From contig OZ024748.1 of NCBI GenBank assembly GCA_964016885.1, positions 26,164,001 through 26,228,000 on the forward strand: a stretch of 64,000 nt of DNA. The letters are read 5' to 3'. This document shows, one piece after another, positions 51,276-64,000 of the stretch; positions within the stretch are counted from its first letter, which is position 1, and every line of letters starts with the position of its first letter. The position numbers were made by a program, and so were the translations under genes. This DNA comes from Eledone cirrhosa (lineage: Eukaryota). The notes under the pieces are model-generated. The model was not told the DNA's origin. It made no database searches and saw nothing but the letters and a program-made list of their open reading frames with translations.

Positions 51276-51308
51276 CTTATATATATATATACATATATAT
51301 ATATATAC

Positions 51309-51413
<105 letters not shown>

Positions 51414-51414
51414 T

Positions 51415-51505
<91 letters not shown>

Positions 51506-51512
51506 TACATAT

Positions 51513-51563
<51 letters not shown>

Positions 51564-51616
51564 CATATATACATATATACATATACATATATACATATAT
51601 ACATATATATATATAT

Positions 51617-51836
<220 letters not shown>

Positions 51837-51842
51837 CATATA

Positions 51843-51912
<70 letters not shown>

Positions 51913-52271
51913 TATATACATATATATATACATATATATATACATATATATATACATATATATACATATATATACACATATATATACATATATATATACA
52001 TATATATATACATATATATATATACATATATATATATACATATATATATATACATATATATATATACATATATATATATACATATATATATACATATATA
52101 TATACATATATATATATACATATATATATATACATATATATATATACATATATATATATATACATATATATATACATATATATATACATATATATATACA
52201 TATATATATATACATATATATATACATATATATATACATATATACATATATATATACATATATATATACAC

Positions 52272-52508
<237 letters not shown>

Positions 52509-52528
52509 CATACATATAATATATATAT

Positions 52529-52593
<65 letters not shown>

Positions 52594-52610
52594 CATATAT
52601 ATATACATAC

Positions 52611-52651
<41 letters not shown>

Positions 52652-52661
52652 CATATATATA

Positions 52662-52987
<326 letters not shown>

Positions 52988-52991
52988 ATAC

Positions 52992-53200
<209 letters not shown>

Positions 53201-53216
53201 CATATATATATAATAC

Positions 53217-53417
<201 letters not shown>

Positions 53418-53436
53418 CATATATATACATATATAC

Positions 53437-53489
<53 letters not shown>

Positions 53490-53498
53490 CATATATAC

Positions 53499-53663
<165 letters not shown>

Positions 53664-53715
53664 CATATATATACATATATATATATAATATATATATATA
53701 TACATATATATATAC

Positions 53716-53901
<186 letters not shown>

Positions 53902-53902
53902 C

Positions 53903-54459
<557 letters not shown>

Positions 54460-54464
54460 CATAC

Positions 54465-54678
<214 letters not shown>

Positions 54679-54721
54679 TTTTATATATATATATATGTAT
54701 ATACATATATATATTTTTATA

Positions 54722-54869
<148 letters not shown>

Positions 54870-54890
54870 TATACATATATATATATATAT

Positions 54891-54926
<36 letters not shown>

Positions 54927-55349
54927 CATATATATATACATATATATATACATATATATATACATATATATATACATATATATATACACATATATATATA
55001 TACATATATATATACATATATATATATACACATATATATATATACATATATATATACATATATATATATACACATATATATATACATATATATATATACA
55101 CATATATATATACATATATATATATACATATATATATATACATATATATATATACATATATATATACATATATATTATACATATATATATATACATATAT
55201 ATATATACATATATATATACATATATATATACATATATATAATACATATATATATACATATATATATACATATATATATATACATATATATATACATATA
55301 TATATATACATATATATATATACATATATATATACATATATATATATAC

Positions 55350-55380
<31 letters not shown>

Positions 55381-55381
55381 C

Positions 55382-55448
<67 letters not shown>

Positions 55449-55759
55449 CATATATATATATACATATATATATATACATATATATATATACATATATATA
55501 TACATATATATATATACATATATATATACATATATATACATATATATATATACATATATATATACATATATATATATACATATATATATACATATATATA
55601 TATACATATATATATACATATATATATATATACATATATATATACATATATATATATACATATATATATACATATATATATACATATATATATACATATA
55701 TATATATACATATATATATACATATATATATACATATATATATACATATATATATATAC

Positions 55760-55790
<31 letters not shown>

Positions 55791-56070
55791 CATATATATA
55801 TACATATATATATACATATATATATATATACATATATATATACATATATTATATATACATATATATATATACATATATATATACATATATATATATATAC
55901 ATATATATATACATATATATATACATATATATATATACATATATATATACATATATATATATACATATATATATACATATATATATACACATATATATAT
56001 ACATATATATATACATATATATATATACATATATATATACATATATATATACACATATATATATACATAT

Positions 56071-58232
56071 ATCATCATCATCATCATCATCAACGTTTAA
56101 CGTCCGTGTTCCACGCTTGCATGTGTTTGGACGGGGGGTAGTCCCACTTGAGGCAAGAGTGATTGTCTTGCTCGCATAGGACTGTCTGGCAGGTTTTCTA
56201 CAGTTGGATGCCCTTCCTAACACCAACCACATTTACAGTGTGGGTCTGGGAGGTTTTTACCGTGTTGCCTACACGGCCACATTACAGCGTGGACTGTGTT
56301 TTTTTTTTGTCGTGACACCTACGCGATCTCATTTGTTTCGGCCTGGATGGCGCGGCACCAACATAACTTTACATAGAACGGGGGTGGTGTGGATGGGGTG
56401 GGGGTGGTGGCGGGACAGGGTGTATTTTGTTAGAGATGCCTACTGGCAAGGCGGGTCTTCTCTGTTACTGAGTACCGCCAAAGGTCTCGGTCCAGTGACA
56501 TTGTCTTGGATAGGTGTAATTGTGTGAGGTCGGAGTTTATCAGCTCATCCCATGTTTTTCTAGGTCTGCCTATTCCGTGGCTACCGTCTATCTTTATTGC
56601 CCTGCACTTTGTAATACAGCTATCGACTTTCATGCGCATCACGTGTCCATACCAACGCAGCCTTCTCTCGAGTAAACAACATCTGATCCCTCTTATCTCT
56701 AATTTTTTCCTTAGTTCGTTTATGCTTTGCCGTTCACGTATATTACTGTTACACATCCAGCGGAGCATGCAAGCTTCGTTCCTCTCTAGTCTGCGTATAT
56801 CCTCTGCACACAATGCCCAGGTCTCACTACCATGCAACATTGCTGTTCGTATGCAGGCATCGTACAACCTGCCTTTCATTTTTAGGGAGAACCCTTTAGC
56901 AGCTAATAGTGGTATAAGCTCTCTGAACTTTTTCCAACCAGTTCTGACTCTAGCTACAGTACTTTCAGAGCACCCTCCCCCACTGCTGATTTTATCGCCC
57001 AGGTAACGGAAGCTGTCCACTATTTCTATAGAACCCTCTGCGCAATTGAAAGAGCTAGTATTTTGTGGGCACTTGCTGCTATTTATTGCACCAGAACACT
57101 GGCCACATGTAAAGTCTATGTTCTTAGTTAGCTTACCTGTGATCCCACTACATCTTTTATGCACCCATACTTTGCATTTAGGACATAAGATGGAGTTTCT
57201 ACCTACGCCTTTCCTACATACCGAGCACGACCATTTCCCAGAAGGGACCGCCGCCTTGTTTTCTTTCCTACAAACTAGAACTTTGGTCTTAGCCAGGTTA
57301 ATTTTAAGTCCTTTTGACTCTAGGCCGTGCTTCCATGTTTGGAATTTCTTCTCTAGCTCGGCCATTGATTCCGCTATGAGTGTCAGGTCGTCTGCGTATA
57401 GGAGTTCCCATGGGCAGCCTGTCTTGAACTCCTCTGTTATAGCCTGAAGGGCAATAATAAATAGTAGGGGGCTGAGAACAGAGCCCTGATGGACGCCAAC
57501 TTTTACGCTAAACTCTTCACTATATTCGTTGTTAATTCTAACCTTGCTGACTGTTTCTTTATACATGGCTTGTATAGCCCTCACAAGCCATTCGTCAACG
57601 CCTAGTTTTCTAAGAGCCCACCAGATAATGGAGCGGGGGACTCTGTCGAAGGCTTTCTCCAGGTCGACAAAAGCTAAGTAGAGGGGTTTACCTTTAGCTA
57701 GGTACTTCTCCTGTAGTTGTCGTACTATGAAATCAGGTCAATTCTCTCTCTGATTAGTTGCGCTATTACTTTTTCCGTGACCTTCATGACCTGGTCGATT
57801 AATTTAATGCCTCTATAGTTACTCCTATCTAGGGCGTCTCCTTTACCCTTATAACAGTTAACGATGATGCTGCTATGCCAGTCCTTCGGAACAACCCCAT
57901 TCTGTACGACTTGGTTAACTATGCGGGTGACCATGGTGTGTCCCACCGTGCCAGATGCCTTCAGCATCTCAGCAACTATTTCCGAAGGCCCAGCCGCCTT
58001 ACCCGTCTTCATATCCTTGATTGCCTTACTTATTATACTCCCCTCGACTAACACTGCTGGTCCCTCTATCGGGTCGATATGGGGGAGACTGTCTTTCTCC
58101 CATTTATTCTCCTCATTTAGTAGCCTTTCATAGTGACACTTCCAAGCTACCTTCTTATCAGTGTCGGTGATGGCAAGTATGCCATCATCGTTAAGTACAC
58201 ACTTCTCCCCGACAATATCACGGTTTTCCTTG
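56071..58232 (-). mobile_element. Young 5'-truncated RTE-clade LINE
   Basis: [75 protein letters not shown]; (GAT)n tail. Confidence 0.95.
56430..58232 (-). pseudogene. RTE reverse transcriptase, open except one frameshifting deletion near 57730
   Basis: ...IRERIDL joins [12 protein letters not shown] with the expected QxGF motif missing; then open to TAA at 56430; contains a Cys/His finger. Confidence 0.9.
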
Positions 58233-58507
58233 ACATATATATACATATATATATACATATATATATACATATATATATACACATATATATATACATATAT
58301 ATATACATATATATATATACATATATATATATACATATATATATATACATATATATATATACATATATATATATACATATATATATATACATATATATAT
58401 ATTACATATATATATATACATATATATATATACATATATATATACATATATATATATACATATATATATACATATATATATACATATATATATACATATA
58501 TATATAC

Positions 58508-58538
<31 letters not shown>

Positions 58539-58539
58539 C

Positions 58540-58572
<33 letters not shown>

Positions 58573-58626
58573 CATATATATATACATATATATATATATA
58601 TTATACATATATATATATATATATAT

Positions 58627-58699
<73 letters not shown>

Positions 58700-58741
58700 T
58701 ATATGCATACATATATATATGCATATATATATATATGCATA

Positions 58742-59879
58742 TACTCTTTTACTCTTTTACCTGTTTCAGCCATCCGGCTGAGGCCATGCTGGGGCACCGC
58801 CCTTGTTGCTACACATTTTATCTCCAGCCTGTATAGGTTGGCCACTGGTGTAGGAGGGAGTTTGTTGCTGCTGCCCTTAGGTTTCCCTCATGTCTTGCTG
58901 TGGGCTCATCCGGGATCCTGGATAACAAGGTGTCGAGATGTTTCTTAAAGACATCCACCTCCACGTCATGCAAGTCTCGCAGATGCCTCGGCAGCCTGTT
59001 GAAGAGTTGAGGGCCCTTGAATCCCAGGTTATTGCAATACCTGCTCCTTATTCTAGATGTGGAAGACGGGACCTTTGGCACCACACAGTGACGTCCTGTT
59101 CGACGGTTGGTCCAGCTCCCAATGCCAAAGTTTGGTGCTAGTCCCTCCATGATTTTCCACATGTAGATCACTGCGTATCTCTCCCGTCTTCGCTCCAAGG
59201 AGTAGAGGTTCAGTTCCTTCAGCCTCTCCCAGTAGCTTGTCTCCCTCATCTTGGCAATCCTCTTGGTGTAGCTTTGCTGGATTGCCTCAAGCTCTGTGGT
59301 TAGTTTGACACTATNNNNNNNNNNNNNNNNNNNNNNNNNNNNNNNNNNNNNNNNNNNNNNNNNNNNNNNNNNNNNNNNNNNNNNNNNNNNNNNNNNNNNN
59401 NNNNNNNNNNNNNNNNNNNNNNNNNNNNNNNNNNNNNNNNNNNNNNNNNNNNNNNNNNNNNNNNNNNNNNNNNNNNNNNNNNNNNNNNNNNNNNNNNNNN
59501 NNNNNNNNNNNNNNCTTTCTGACGACTCGCTCCATGACCTTACTGATATGCGATGTCAGGGAGACTGGCCTATAGTTCTTGGCCTCCGCTCTACTACCTC
59601 CTTTATGGATAGGGCATATTGTGCCTTCTTTCAGCTCCCTGGGTAGTACACCGCTAGCCAAGGAGCTTCTGAAGAGCATCTTCAGTGGAGTTGCTAAGGC
59701 CCGCTTACATATTTTTAGGAGAACTGCTGGGAATCCATCAGGTCCAGCAGCCGAGTCTGTTCTAATTTCATCAATGGCGTACACCACATCCTCCTCCATT
59801 ATGTCTATGTGGTTGATGGTTGCCATTTCTTGATGTAGTGTTGTGGCATCAAAGAACTCCTCTGGCTTCGTTATTTGCA
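58742..59879 (-). mobile_element. Young 5'-truncated CR1/L2-group LINE spanning an assembly gap
   Basis: [71 protein letters not shown]; (AAAAGAGT)n tail; no stops in visible parts. Confidence 0.9.
59315..59514. other. Assembly gap (200 N)
   Basis: Direct inspection. Confidence 1.
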
Positions 59880-59929
59880 TATATATATATATATGCATAT
59901 TATATATATGCATATATATATATATATGC

Positions 59930-59963
<34 letters not shown>

Positions 59964-59980
59964 GCATATATATATATATA

Positions 59981-60062
<82 letters not shown>

Positions 60063-60110
60063 TATATATATATATGCATATATATATATATATGCATATA
60101 TATATATATA

Positions 60111-60150
<40 letters not shown>

Positions 60151-60264
60151 TATATATATATATGCATATATATATATATATGCATATATATATATATATA
60201 TATGCATATATATATATATATGCATATATATATATATATATATATATGCATATATATATATATA

Positions 60265-60348
<84 letters not shown>

Positions 60349-60373
60349 TATATATATATATATATATATATAA

Positions 60374-60450
<77 letters not shown>

Positions 60451-60498
60451 TATATATATATATATATATATATGCATATATATATATATATATATATA

Positions 60499-60588
<90 letters not shown>

Positions 60589-60822
60589 TATATATATATA
60601 TATATATATATGCATATATATATATATATATATATATGCATATAGATATATATATATATATATGCATATATAGATATATATATATATATATGCATATATA
60701 GATATATATATATATATATGCATATATATATATATATATATATATGCATATATATATATATATATATATATGCATATATATATATATATATATATATGCA
60801 TATATATATATATATATATATA

Positions 60823-60856
<34 letters not shown>

Positions 60857-60960
60857 TATATATATATATATATATATATGCATATATATATATATATATA
60901 TATATGCATATATATATATATATATATATATATGCATATATATATATATATATATATATA

Positions 60961-61018
<58 letters not shown>

Positions 61019-61040
61019 TATATATATATATATATATATA

Positions 61041-61204
<164 letters not shown>

Positions 61205-61235
61205 CATATATATATATATATATGTATATATATAC

Positions 61236-61272
<37 letters not shown>

Positions 61273-61330
61273 TATGCATGTATATATATATATATATATA
61301 TATGCATATATATATATATATATATATATA

Positions 61331-61670
<340 letters not shown>

Positions 61671-61678
61671 TATATATA

Positions 61679-61778
<100 letters not shown>

Positions 61779-61842
61779 TATATATATATATATATATATA
61801 TATGCATATATATATATATATATATATATGCATATATATATA

Positions 61843-61986
<144 letters not shown>

Positions 61987-62028
61987 TATATATATATATA
62001 TATATGCATATATATATATATATATATA

Positions 62029-62135
<107 letters not shown>

Positions 62136-62159
62136 TATATATATATATATATATATATA

Positions 62160-62316
<157 letters not shown>

Positions 62317-62332
62317 GCATATATATATATGC

Positions 62333-62368
<36 letters not shown>

Positions 62369-62370
62369 GC

Positions 62371-62503
<133 letters not shown>

Positions 62504-62525
62504 TATATATATATATATATATATA

Positions 62526-62561
<36 letters not shown>

Positions 62562-62685
62562 TATATATATATATATATATATATGCATATATATATATAT
62601 ATATATATATGCATATATATATATATATATCTATATGCATATATATATATATATATATGCATATATATATATATATATATATATA

Positions 62686-62723
<38 letters not shown>

Positions 62724-62847
62724 TATATATATATATATATATATATGCATATATATATATATATATATATATGCATATATATATATATATATATATATAT
62801 GCATATATATATATATATATATATGCATATATATGCATATATATATA

Positions 62848-62979
<132 letters not shown>

Positions 62980-63133
62980 TATATATATATATATATATAT
63001 ATGCATATATATATATATATATATATATGCATATATATATATATATATATATATGCATATATATATATATATATATATATGCATATATATATATATATAT
63101 CTATATATGCATATATATATATATATATCTATA

Positions 63134-63169
<36 letters not shown>

Positions 63170-63191
63170 TATATATATATATATATATATA

Positions 63192-63281
<90 letters not shown>

Positions 63282-63306
63282 TATATATATATATATATAT
63301 ATAAGC

Positions 63307-63339
<33 letters not shown>

Positions 63340-63350
63340 GCATATATATA

Positions 63351-63417
<67 letters not shown>

Positions 63418-63437
63418 TATATATATATGCATATATA

Positions 63438-63471
<34 letters not shown>

Positions 63472-63493
63472 TATATATATATATATATATATA

Positions 63494-63567
<74 letters not shown>

Positions 63568-63667
63568 TATATATATATATATATATATGCATATATATAT
63601 ATATATATATATGCATATATATATATATATATATGCATATAGATATATATATATATATGCATATATA

Positions 63668-63702
<35 letters not shown>

Positions 63703-63757
63703 GCATATATATATATATATATATATATATGCATATATATATATATATATATATATA

Positions 63758-63793
<36 letters not shown>

Positions 63794-63867
63794 TATATAT
63801 ATATATATATATGCATATATATATATATATATATATATATGCATATATATATATATATATATATATA

Positions 63868-63905
<38 letters not shown>

Positions 63906-64000
63906 TATATATATATATATATATATATGCATATATATATATATATATATATATATGCATATATATATATATATATATATATATGCATATATATATATAT

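Overview
Repeat-dominated, AT-rich eukaryotic DNA, most likely an octopod cephalopod (inferred from the SINE/LINE repertoire and extreme (TA)n load; not database-confirmed). No prokaryotic genes, rRNA, true tRNA or CRISPR array are present, and nearly all long ORFs in the track are microsatellite artefacts. DNA transposons: a hAT 3' end, a near-intact maT (DD37D) Tc1/mariner, a DD41D-like remnant, two non-autonomous Helitrons and a hAT MITE. Retroelements: HERO, RTE and CR1-like LINE copies, many tRNA-derived SINEs, and two copies of a non-coding RTE derivative. There are six minisatellites, a ~18-kb (TA)n-based mega-array split by insertions, and three candidate exons of a plus-strand gene that starts with a signal peptide. 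Most interesting signals: (i) non-coding ribozyme-like mobile units in TA tracts (an intact type I hammerhead, a 331-bp palindrome of two head-to-head degenerate hammerheads, and an HDV-like fold at the exact 5' end of an RTE derivative); (ii) minisatellites traceable to transposons, including one from an RT coding segment and a ~3.2-kb array of a SINE Pol III A-box head.
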